DNA of 32,000 bases. Origin: Mycoplasmoides pneumoniae FH. GTDB lineage: Bacteria; Bacillota_I; Bacilli_A; Mycoplasmatales; Mycoplasmoidaceae. The notes beneath the pieces are model-generated. The model saw nothing but the letters and a program-made list of their open reading frames with translations. It did not search any database and had not been told where the DNA came from. A program made the translations under genes and the position numbers. Position 1 is the stretch's first letter; each line of letters begins with the position of its first letter. Below, one piece after another: positions 10,105 through 19,943 of this stretch. Location: assembly GCF_001272835.1 (NCBI RefSeq), contig NZ_CP010546.1, positions 272,809 through 304,808 on the forward strand, given 5' to 3'.

Positions 10105-12006
10105 TTGAAATTTCCAAAAAAGCGCTGACAAAAATGAGCGTTCCTGACCGGTAGTTTTACCGTTTTACCCACGCTAATTGCATTTTTCTCGATTTTACCG
10201 CACAGTTCTGTTTTAGAACCAAGCCACTTAAGGTTCAATTCAACTAGCCAGCGTTACCAATCTGACAACTCCCACCTCTTAAATTTACACGGTGAAGCAT
10301 TTAGTGATGCTGACTTGAATGCAGTGGCAGAGCATACTGACTGAGACGCTAACTTTGCTTTATTTCAGCAAAAGTTCAAGACAAAGCCAATTACGGTTAA
10401 CCAGTTAGGTTTAGTCGATGTTTTTAACTTGTTGAGTGGTTGAAAACAGAGTTTGACTGGTGTACTTGAAACAATTCCCCAACTGCAAAAGGAAATAAAA
10501 GCTGCTAATGACATTTTCCCTGTCAATGAACAAAGTCAAATTCCCCGTGTAGAAGCACGCTTATTTGACTTTTTGGGCAGTGGCTTTTTCCCGGTATTGA
10601 ACCCGAAAGGTTTAGGGTTAGCGGACAACGTTGCTAGTTTGTTTGAACAGTTTCAGCTAGCATCAATAAACTTAAGTGGTTTTGAAGTCAAACTGATTAA
10701 AACGCATGACATTGTCATTAAGAGTAAGGTACGTTACAGCTTTGAAGTGCAAATGCAGTTCCATGCTGTTTACCAAAATAACGACACTAAAGCTAATTTA
10801 GATTTTGCGCTCAATATTAGTACGATTAACTTCGCTACCTTACAAGAATTACAAAACAGTTTTGATCTTCAAGGTAGTGATTTAACGGCTGGGTTGTTTT
10901 ACAAATACAGCGTTAATAAGTTAACTAGTGGTACTAACGATTTAACCACAATTGCTAAAACCGCTTTAGGTGAAAACATTATCCAAAAGCAAGTGAGCCT
11001 AACACAATCAATTATTAAGCCACGCCTAGAAGCTGCAAAAACTCAGTACAAACAGGATATTATTGCACCATTTGCAAAGGAACGTCAAGCTGCTTTGGCA
11101 CAACATTTAAAAGAAATAGAAGAGGCCAAACAACGTGCCGAGCAATTATTAAAAGAACAGCAAGAAGCGGAAAAACGGCGCCAAGAAGAAGTTAAGAATG
11201 TCGCAGAAACACAACAGTTTAATGATAGCTTAACTTCAGCACAAAAATTTAAAGAGTACTGGTTAAAACAAGGTAAGGATGTTACCAAAAAGGTTGAACT
11301 CATTCAGGCGCTGAAATCATCTTTCTTCCGCAACCAAAACCGTACCTTTAACTTTTTAATTGCCGGTTTTCGAACTGCCATTGATTGGTACTACAATCAA
11401 GAGAAAAATAATACCACTGCTAAAAATAACGCTTTTGGTAAGAATGGCATTCAGTTCCCTGTGGCTGGCTTTCAGGGAATTTACATGTCACAGTGATTGC
11501 GTGACGAGCTCTCTGGTAAGACCGACATTAAGCTCAACTTAAAAAGTTTAAGTGTTCAGAATGAAAATAAAAATTCTTCCATTAATTGGAACAAGCAAAA
11601 AAGAATTGAGATTAAACAAGTAAAACCATTTAACTATTCTTTTGAAATTAACTTGAAGTACACTGGTAGCTATAATGTCAGTCTTTGATATCTAATTGGG
11701 GCTGCAATTGGTGGGATTCCAACATCTTGAAGTGGAACTATGGATATGAAGTTTATCGTTGATGGTGATTTGGATAGCGGTATTGTTACCAAGCAAGATT
11801 ATCCCGGTTCTAAGTTTGAATTTACCGAAGACAAACTGTGGTTTACCCTGCACGTTAAACAACAAATTAAAGTTAAAGAGCAGGGCTTTATGAACTTGCT
11901 TAAGGGTCAAAGTTTGGACAACTTGGATCTACGCACTGGTACAACTAAACCGCCAGTAGTTGATTTAGCGAGCTACCTCCACTTTGTTATTTTGACAGCT
12001 AAGTAG
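10105..12006 (+). CDS. MG032/MG096/MG288-family (DUF237/DUF240-like) exported or membrane-associated protein
   Basis: Continuous table-4 frame from TTG 10105 (LKFPKKRWQKWAFLTGSFTVLPTLIAFFSILPHSSVLEPSHLRFNSTSQRY...) through TGA(Trp) at 10342, 10441, 11494, 11686 and 11728 to TAG 12004-12006 (about 633 aa). N-terminal hydrophobic segment and a coiled-coil stretch (KEIEEAKQRAEQLLKEQQEAEKRRQEEVK). Family from gene order and recall; start codon uncertain. Confidence 0.72.
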
Positions 12007-12030
12007 TTCATTGAGCCGCAAAGGCAGCAA

Positions 12031-12753
12031 ATGGAACAACTTTTAGACCAGTTTTTAAGTGGTGTTTTAAGCGAATGGAAGGCTTTTATTTTGCAAGAAG
12101 CCAAACAGACCTATTTTCAAGAATTGTTAGCTAAACTAAAAAATGTCGAGCAAGAGCTAACTCCCAAAGCCTCTCAAGTCTTTCGTCCCTTTAGCTTTTT
12201 TGCACCAAATAACACTAAACTAATTATTTACGGTCAGGATCCATATCCTAATCCACAACACGCTTGTGGTCTTTCGTTTGCCTCTAACGCCCCTAAACTA
12301 CCACAAAGCTTAAAGCGGATGATTCTGCGCTTGCAGCAAGAGTATCCGGAACTAGCAGGTCAAAATCACTGAACGAAGCAACTGTTAGAGGGTTGAGCAC
12401 AACAAGGCATCTTGTTGTTAAATGGCGTCTTTACCACCAATGCCTTTCAAACCAATGCGCACCGCAATTGGGGGTGAGAGCAGTTTAACTGTCATTTACT
12501 CGATTTTCTCTTGTCACAAAAACTCTATGTACTACTCGTTTTTTTGGGCAAACAAACCGAGAATTTTGTTCTTAAAAAGATTGGTGGAGCAAGCCAATTT
12601 GCTAGTTTATCCTACCCCCATCCCTCACCTTTAACCGGGCGGAAGTTTTTCGATCATCCCGATGCTTTGTTTAAGCAAATTAACCAGTGATTAAAGCACC
12701 ATAACCATACTCCAATTGATTGGACTAACGGCCAGGTACAGTACCAGTTCTAA
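12031..12753 (+). CDS. ung: Uracil-DNA glycosylase
   Basis: GQDPYPNPQHACGLSFAS, LLNGVFTTNAFQTNAHRNWGWEQF and HPSPLTGRKFFDHPD after reading through three in-frame TGA; TAA 12751-12753; 240 aa. Confidence 0.92.
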
Positions 12754-12870
12754 CTGTTTTGGTAAAGTTTTGTCTTTAATTCAACAAACAAAGCTTTAGC
12801 ATTTTTCATTATTTTTCTTATGATTTTTATTCCGCTTGTACTCAAACAGAAAAGCACAGCGAGCAGTCTT

Positions 12871-12889
12871 TTCTTTACAATGTAAAGAA
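12871..12889. promoter_or_regulatory. Perfect palindrome TTCTTTACA-A-TGTAAAGAA overlapping a TACAAT -10-like box
   Basis: 9-bp arms with a 1-nt centre, 62 bp upstream of the ATG at 12951. TACAAT at 12876-12881. Confidence 0.5.
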
Positions 12890-12890
12890 C

Positions 12891-12939
12891 TGCAAAGCTG
12901 CTTAAACCGTCTTTGCAAGCTTGTTTTAGAGTTGCAAAG
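12891..12939 (+). promoter_or_regulatory. Leader with mutually exclusive hairpins
   Basis: TGCAAAG (12891-12897) can pair with CTTTGCA (12911-12917). CTTTGCAA (12911-12918) can instead pair with TTGCAAAG (12932-12939) just before the start codon. Confidence 0.4.
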
Positions 12940-12950
12940 CAAAGTCCAAA

Positions 12951-14390
12951 ATGGATAAATTAATAAATAAACCTCAACCATTAACTTCTGATATTTCCAC
13001 TTCTGGATTTATTTACTTTGCGGTTGTTTTTGTAGCCATTATGGGCTACCTTTTATTCAAAAATCTACTGTTTTTATTTTTCTTTAAACGCTATCCAAAA
13101 AACACTACCAAAATTGGGGTAGGTAACATTACCACGATTGCCATGATCATTGCTGTGGCGGTGTCGATTGTTTTAGTGTTAATGGCACTAGCAGGCGGTT
13201 TAGCCGCTGCTTTGTTCCGTGGTTATCCTGGTTTTCGGGTCACCTTGGAGTTAATCCTTGTAAAGATTTCGGGACTGTTGTTTGGTCCAATTGTCGGCAT
13301 TTTTTCCGCGGCCACAATTGACTTTTTAACGGTCATCTTTTCGGGTGGGGTTTTTAACGTTGGTTATGTTTTAGGTGCCATCTTAACCGGGATGATTGCT
13401 GGCATACTGCGTGAAGTTTTAATTTCAACAGCACTTTTACACAACCGTAATTTATCGGATTTTGCCTACCTAGTGCTCTCGATTGGCATGGTCATTGCCG
13501 CCTTTTTAATTACCCAGTTCTTTGTGCTTGGGATAAGTAATAACCTTAAGGAGATTAAGGGTGATGAAGAGTTTCGCTTGAAATTTAACGCACCACCAAT
13601 TGTCTTTGAGCTTTCGTTAACCCAGTACGCCAACATTCTGCTCTACTTTACCATTGCCATAGTTATTGCTATGCTGGTGTTGTACATTGTTTGGTTAGTC
13701 AAACAGCGTCACTTAAGTTTTGAGCACTCTCGTTTCTTTTACCGCAGTTACAAACATGCTAATCACCAGTTTACCCTGTTTGTACTAACTAAGAAAAACT
13801 GGTTCTATTTAATCTTGAATGTAATCACCTTAGCTTCCACTAGTTTGTTGATGATCAACATTGCCTTCATTCCGATCTTTGACACGCAAACAACTGGTCA
13901 AACATACGAGTTTTGACTATTAGCACGCTTACTGTTCGCTCCCGTAATCTTCTTGTTGGACATTATTGTGATCTATCCAATTCTGCTGTTATTAACCCCG
14001 CTAATGCTCAAAGGTTTTAAAACAGCAGTTTCTAAAAACCAACGCAAAACACTAAAACAAAGCTTTACTGATTTGCAAAGTGTAGTGTTGCCCATTATTA
14101 ACAAACGTAAACACCAGCAGTTGCGCCAAGAAGAGTTAAAACGCTTAGCACGAGCCACTCACTTTGATTTGACAGAAGGCGAAATGGAAAAGCTCTTGGT
14201 CGAATTTAAAACTATTACCCAGAGCTTTGACCGGGTGATGAACATTGATACCACCAGTGTGGAACCAATGTACGCACCTTTCAATACATCACCAACGCCA
14301 CTGCGTAAAGATAAGGTAATAGTGGAAAAGCATCCCGAAAAATTATTAGCCAACTGTAAGGAAATGAGTGTTGGCTTTGTCAAAGTATAG
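12951..14390 (+). CDS. gatC: Fusion protein: polytopic membrane domain (ECF transporter S-component, FolT-like) + C-terminal Asp/Glu-tRNA amidotransferase subunit C (GatC)
   Basis: One table-4 frame, TGA(Trp) 13914-13916, TAG 14388-14390, 479 aa. N-part ...[52 protein letters not shown]...; C-part [61 protein letters not shown] (GatC pattern); followed by gatA and gatB. Confidence 0.85.
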
Positions 14391-14392
14391 TT

Positions 14393-15829
14393 GTGAAATC
14401 GCAAATCTTAAAGCTCCAGCAAACACTAACTAAAAAACCAGCGTCAATCAATCCGTTATTACAACAAATTGATGGAGCAATTAACGAACACTGATCGAGT
14501 AACTTTTTGTTGAAAAATACGGTTGAGTGAGCACAAGCCCAAGCACCCAAAAACCGCAGTAAATCACCACTCAACAACATTCCCTTTGTTTTAAAGGACA
14601 ACATTGCCACGAAGGGAATTGTTACTACTGGTGGTTCGAGGTTTTTGGAAGACTATATCCCGCCGTTTTCAGCAACTGTGTTTGAATTGCTAAACAACAG
14701 TGGCGCTTTATTAGTTGGTAAAGCGAACCTCGACGAGTTTGGTTTAGGCGGTACGGGGCTCCATTCGGGTTTTGGTTTTGTCCACCACCCTTGAAACGAA
14801 ACCCTAATTCCTGGTGGTTCTTCATCCGGTTCCGCTTATGCAGTGGCGCGCGGCATTGTTCCCTTTTCAATTGGTACGGACACGGGAGATTCGGTACGCC
14901 GTCCAGCTAGCATTTGTAACATTGTTGGTTTTAAGCCCACCTATGGTTTGATATCGCGGAACGGAGTGTATCCTTACGCGCCTAGTTTAGACCATGTCGG
15001 GATCTTTGCGCGGTATGTGTATGATGTAGCACTTGTTAGTGATGAAATCATTAAACATGACAAAGCTGATTTTTCCGCTCAAAAATCTCCTGATGCTGGC
15101 AAGTTTACCAGGTCCTTAAAAGAGTCCTTCAACAAGCAAATCAAGATAGGTTATCTAAAACCGCTAGAGGAATGGTTTGACATTGAACTGAGCAAAAAGT
15201 GAAACAGCTTAAAGGAAAGAATTACCTTGGAGGGTTGTGAGTTAATTCCGTTTCACTTTCCGCTTGAACTGCTAGAGGTAATTGATCCAGTTTACAAGCT
15301 GATTAGTTACAGTGAAGCGGTGAGCTGTTACAGTAATCTCACTGGGATTGTCTTTGGTCAAAAATTGTTTGAACCCAACCAAGCGAGTGACTTTTCCAAA
15401 ACAATTACTGCCAACCGCGACCGTTTCTTTGGTGAGCAGTTAAAACGCCGCTTTATTATTGGTGCTTTTGGTACTGACAAGAATAACTTTACCAAGTACT
15501 TTGAAAAGGCTCAAAAGATCCGCCGGGTAATGGTTGATGCTTACTTAAACCTGTTTAAAGAAGCGGATTTCATTGTGTCACCTAGTGCATCCGGCTTTAC
15601 TAAAACAATAGCTGCGGTGCAAAAGGGTGAGAGCTTTACTAACCTCGTGGATGACTTTTTACAACTAGCTAACTTTGCTGGTAATCCTTCAATTACTATT
15701 CCCTGATTGGTCAAACAAAAGGACCAAACGATTGGTTTGAGTGTTAATGCTAACTGCTTTCACGACAAGCAATTATTACAAGTAGCTGCTTGATTGGAGG
15801 AATTATTCCAAATTGAACATGATGATTAA
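14393..15829 (+). CDS. gatA: Asp/Glu-tRNA(Asn/Gln) amidotransferase subunit A
   Basis: GTG 14393. Amidase signature PFVLKDNIATKGIVTTGGS...ANLDEFGLGGTG...PGGSSSGSAYAVARGIVPFSIGTDTGDSVRRPAS, read through several TGA(Trp) to TAA 15827-15829 (478 aa). Confidence 0.95.
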
Positions 15830-17255
15830 CTTTGAAGCAATTATTGGGATTGAGGTACACGTGGTCTTAAACACTGCTACCAAAATGTTTTCCCCAGCGC
15901 CCAACCAAGCGCAAAACGCCACACCAAACCAGTTCATAAACGCGATTGATTTGGGCTTGCCTGGTACCATGCCCCAGGTCAATGAGCAGGCGGTACAAAA
16001 GGCGTTAATCCTTGCTGACGCGCTCAACATGCAACGGGTACAGCCAGTCTTAGTGTTTGACCGTAAGCACTACTTTTACCAAGATCTACCTAAGGGTTTT
16101 CAGATTACCCAGCAAAACTTTCCGATTGCGCAAAACGGTTACGTTGAAATTGTGGAAAACAACAAAGCGCAGCGGATTATCATTGAACGGTTTCACCTAG
16201 AGGAAGATACTGCCAAGCAACATTTTGTCGATGGGCAAATTCTGCTCGACTTTAACCGTTGTGGTGCACCGCTAATTGAAGTAGTTACCGCGCCCGTGAT
16301 TAAGAGTGCTAAGCAGTCTAAGGCATACTTGCAAAAGCTACGTCAAATTTTGATTGTTAACAACATTTCCAACGCTAAGCTCGAAGATGGCTCGATGCGC
16401 AGTGACTGTAATGTATCAGTGCGCTTAAAGGGACAAACTGCTTTTGGCACCAAGGTCGAAATTAAGAACATTAACTCACTCAATAATGTGGAAAAGGCAA
16501 TTGATTTGGAAATAGCACGTCAAGTCAAAGCACTAATTAAAGGCGAACCGGTTCAACAAGTTACCCTAACTTATGACGACAAAACCAATACCAATGTCTT
16601 CATGCGTAAAAAGGACAATTCAGTCGATTACCGTTATTTCATTGAACCCAACATTATGAGCAGTAACATTGATGAACTGCTACAAAAACCCAACAAGGCC
16701 TTTAACTTAACTGAGTTCTTTACCAAGCTCAAGGAAGCTGGGGTTAATGAGCAGCTAAATCAATTAGTAGTCGATGATCTGACTCTTTTTAATGCTTACA
16801 CCAAGATTAACAGTGTCATTAACAGTCCCCAAGATACCATTCGCTGGTTGTGCATTGAGTTAATGGGACAACTCAACAAGCTACAAAAACCGCTCAAGGA
16901 CAAAACGATTGATCACTTAATTATCCTAATCCAAATGGTACAGAAGGGCACCGTGAACCAAAAACAAGCAAAGCAGTTAATTGAGTTAATGTTAGACAAT
17001 GGGCAAGACCCCCAATCGCTGGCTAAACTACACAACTTAGAACAGATAACTGATGAAAAACAACTAACGCAAATCATCCAACAAATCTTTAAGGAAAACG
17101 AGGGTGAAATCCTTAAGAACTTAGATCGAGTTGAACGAATTCAAAAGCTAATTATAGGTCAAGTTATGCAAAGAACCCACAATCGCGCCAATCCCCAGCA
17201 AGTTTTTATAATTGTTGAAAAGTTGCTTCATGATTTCAGCGAAAGAGCAAGCTAA
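15819..17255 (+). CDS. gatB: Asp/Glu-tRNA(Asn/Gln) amidotransferase subunit B
   Basis: FEAIIGIEVHVVLNTATKMFSPAPN...DLGLPGTMP...LIEVVTAPVI...EDGSMRSDCNVSVR; 478 aa from ATG 15819. Confidence 0.96.
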   Translation: MMINFEAIIGIEVHVVLNTATKMFSPAPNQAQNATPNQFINAIDLGLPGTMPQVNEQAVQKALILADALNMQRVQPVLVFDRKHYFYQDLPKGFQITQQNFPIAQNGYVEIVENNKAQRIIIERFHLEEDTAKQHFVDGQILLDFNRCGAPLIEVVTAPVIKSAKQSKAYLQKLRQILIVNNISNAKLEDGSMRSDCNVSVRLKGQTAFGTKVEIKNINSLNNVEKAIDLEIARQVKALIKGEPVQQVTLTYDDKTNTNVFMRKKDNSVDYRYFIEPNIMSSNIDELLQKPNKAFNLTEFFTKLKEAGVNEQLNQLVVDDLTLFNAYTKINSVINSPQDTIRWLCIELMGQLNKLQKPLKDKTIDHLIILIQMVQKGTVNQKQAKQLIELMLDNGQDPQSLAKLHNLEQITDEKQLTQIIQQIFKENEGEILKNLDRVERIQKLIIGQVMQRTHNRANPQQVFIIVEKLLHDFSERAS

Positions 17256-17898
17256 AAAAGGTCAAATAATTTACCGTTACATTCTCCTTAAAATTCAAAG
17301 CTTTAAATGGCCTGCTGGCACCCGCATCTTCTCTGAACGCCAGCTCGAAATTCGTTTCGCTTCATCTAGAAGTCTCATTCGTACTATCCTCAATACCCTC
17401 TTAGGTAAAGATCTAATTCGCCACACTAAAGGTAATGCTGGTTACTTTGTCGCTAAGAATGCTGGTTTTAGTTTCTTTCATAAAACCCAGGACAACAAAT
17501 TGCCCAAGTGAGCTAAGCTCTCAACCTTAATGAAGAACCACCTACGCGAAGTTGACCGTGATGTTTTCAGCTCAATTGACAGTGGCGTTGACTTTGGTAA
17601 CTTTAAGGGTTTGGAAGCCAAGTTATTTGATGAAAACAAGAAGAATTTTTTAAACCTTAGCTTCTTTGGCAAGGATGATGTGCTCCAAATTTTTAGCGAG
17701 CAAAACCTCCAGGAACAATTCTTTAAGGACTTTGCTTACAACGGCATTGTGGTAGAGCGCAAAAGCTCCTTAATCTGTGTGGATGATGAGACTAAGAACT
17801 TACTGATCTACGACCTCTTTTATGATGACAACAATAAGTTCATAGTAGCAATGCGCTCTGAATATTTAAACCCCCGCATCAAAATTATTAATGCTTAA
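17230..17898 (+). CDS. GntR-family transcriptional regulator (winged HTH, UTRA-like C-terminal part)
   Basis: KKGQIIYRYILLKIQSFKWPAGTRIFSERQLEIRFASSRSLIRTILNTLLGKDLIRHTKGNAGYFVA; TGA(Trp) 17509-17511; 222 aa. Confidence 0.85.
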
Positions 17899-18838
17899 AG
17901 TAAAGTCAGATTTTTTAACTAAAGATCAGGTTATTTACGATGTAGCGATAGTGGGTGCTGGGCCAGCTGGCATAGCAGCGGGTATTTATGGCAAACGCGC
18001 TAACCTCAATCTAGCCATTATTGAAGGTAGTACTCCCGGCGGTAAGGTTGTCAAAACCAACATTGTCGAGAACTATCCGGGTTACAAGTCAATTACCGGA
18101 CCTGACTTGGGGTTGGAAATGTACAACCACCTAATTGATTTAGAGCCCACCTTTTTCTATGCTAACCTAATTAAGTTAGATAAGGCAGCAGATACCTTTA
18201 TCTTGTACCTCGATGACAAAACTGTGGTGTTTGCCAAAACCGTTATTTACGCTACGGGAATGTTGGAGCGTAAACTGGGCGTAGCCAAAGAAGACCACTT
18301 TTACGGTAAGGGAATTAGTTACTGTGCCATTTGTGATGGGTCCTTGTACAAAGACCAGGTGGTGGGTGTTGTTGGTGGGGGGAACTCTGCCATTCAGGAA
18401 GCGTTGTATTTAGCTGGCATGGCTAAAACGGTGCACTTAATCCACCGCCGTGAGGGCTTTCGTGCTGATGAAACGGCGTTAAATAAACTGAGAAACTTAC
18501 CGAATGTTGTTTTTCACTTGAACTATACCGTAAAAGAATTGTTGGGTAACAATACCCTAAACGGCATAGTGCTTCAAAACACGCTCGATCATTCAACAAA
18601 ACAGATAGATCTCAATTGTGTCTTTCCCTATATTGGTTTTGAAAGTATTACCAAACCGGTGGAACACCTCAACTTAAAGTTAGATCCCCAGGGTTTTTTA
18701 ATTACCAATGAACAGATGGAAACAAGTTTAAAGGGTCTGTTTGCAGCAGGTGATTGTCGTTCTAAGCACTTCCGTCAAATTGGTACTGCCATTAATGACG
18801 GCATTATCGCGGTGTTAACGATCCGTGATGTCCTTTAG
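17891..18838 (+). CDS. trxB: Thioredoxin reductase
   Basis: VAIVGAGPAGIAAGIYGKRANL (FAD), CAICDGSLY (redox CxxC), GGGNSAIQEALYL (NAD(P)), LFAAGDCR. Confidence 0.96.
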   Translation: MLKVKSDFLTKDQVIYDVAIVGAGPAGIAAGIYGKRANLNLAIIEGSTPGGKVVKTNIVENYPGYKSITGPDLGLEMYNHLIDLEPTFFYANLIKLDKAADTFILYLDDKTVVFAKTVIYATGMLERKLGVAKEDHFYGKGISYCAICDGSLYKDQVVGVVGGGNSAIQEALYLAGMAKTVHLIHRREGFRADETALNKLRNLPNVVFHLNYTVKELLGNNTLNGIVLQNTLDHSTKQIDLNCVFPYIGFESITKPVEHLNLKLDPQGFLITNEQMETSLKGLFAAGDCRSKHFRQIGTAINDGIIAVLTIRDVL

Positions 18839-19670
18839 TGTTCAGATTAAGCACGAGTTAGCCACCAACCCTTTAATTAAAACAGAGTGATCCAGCTTTT
18901 TAGCTGGTTATTTTCAAAACGGGTTAAAACTACTCGCTACTGGTCAATGATCCTTTAAAACTAGCACTGCTACTTTAAAGGCGTTGTTTAGCAATGCACT
19001 CCAGTTTAGTTTTCAAATCCACGAAACGAGCACTCACTGTGAGTTTAGTTTTAGGGCTTCGCAAACAGAGGTGGATCAGTTGTTAGCCTTTGATGCAACT
19101 CAGAGCGATTTACCGCTACAGAAGGCCTATGTCATTGGTGCCTTTTTGAGTGGTGGTAGTGTGAGCGATTTACTCCATTCCAGTAACTTTCACCTCCAAA
19201 TTAGCACTAACAACGAACTGCAAATAAAACAGTTAATGAAGCTGTTTCATCCTTTTAAACAAACCACTAAGCGCCACCAGCTTTTGGTCTATGTTAAAAG
19301 CTATCAGGCCATTTGTGACTTCTTTAAACTAGTCGAAGCTTTTGATGGTTATCTAGCCTTTGAAGAAAACCAATTGCAAAAAAATTTTGCCTTAGAACAA
19401 GTGCGTAAAAGTAACTTAGAAATTGCTAACCTAATGCGCACTTTAAAGACCAGCACAAGCACAGCGGAACAGCTAAAAATCCTCATAAACAGTGCTGACT
19501 TTAAAAAGCAATCGCTCAACTTTCAGCGCTTTTGTTTAGTCAAACTAGACCATCCTGACTGGTCATTAGAACAAATTGCCCAGTTTTTTGAAAGGAAATA
19601 CAAAGTGCAAATTACCCGTTCGGGAATTCAACACCTCAACGCTAAGTTAAAAAAACTAAACCAAAATTAA
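18828..19670 (+). CDS. whiA: WhiA-like DNA-binding protein
   Basis: ATG 18828 (MSFSVQIKHELATNPLIKTEWSSFLAGYFQNG...), in-frame TGA(Trp) twice; degenerate LAGLIDADG region plus C-terminal HTH (HPDWSLEQIAQFFERKYKVQITRSGIQHLNAKLKKL); 280 aa. Confidence 0.85.
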
Positions 19671-19702
19671 AGCATTAGTTTAAAATTAACACACATTAAA
19701 GC

Positions 19703-19933
19703 ATGGACGCAATTCAAATAGTAATGTTTGTAATGGCAATCCTTTGTTTAATCATCGGTTTATTGCTATCCAACCATGGTTCTACTGGCGGACTTGCTTC
19801 GCTTTCAGGTCAAGATTTGGAAATTTTTCGCAAAACCAAAGACCGCGGAATTGTCAAAATTCTCCAAATTACGATGTTTATTTTAGTAGTGCTTTTTCTT
19901 ATTTTAGGGTTAGTTTTTCATTTTGCGCTTTAA
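19703..19933 (+). CDS. secG: Preprotein translocase subunit SecG
   Basis: 76-aa, two-TM protein with a loop containing GSTGGLASLSGQDLEIFRKTKDRG; SecG-like, upstream of rnr as in many Firmicutes. Confidence 0.85.
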   Translation: MDAIQIVMFVMAILCLIIGLLLSNHGSTGGLASLSGQDLEIFRKTKDRGIVKILQITMFILVVLFLILGLVFHFAL

Positions 19934-19943
19934 AATCTAACAG

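Noticed and set aside
12796-12981. 61-aa minus-strand ORF upstream of the GatC fusion gene
   Set aside because: Covers the palindrome/hairpin leader, Lys/Cys-rich with no family resemblance; the inverted repeats better explain the region.
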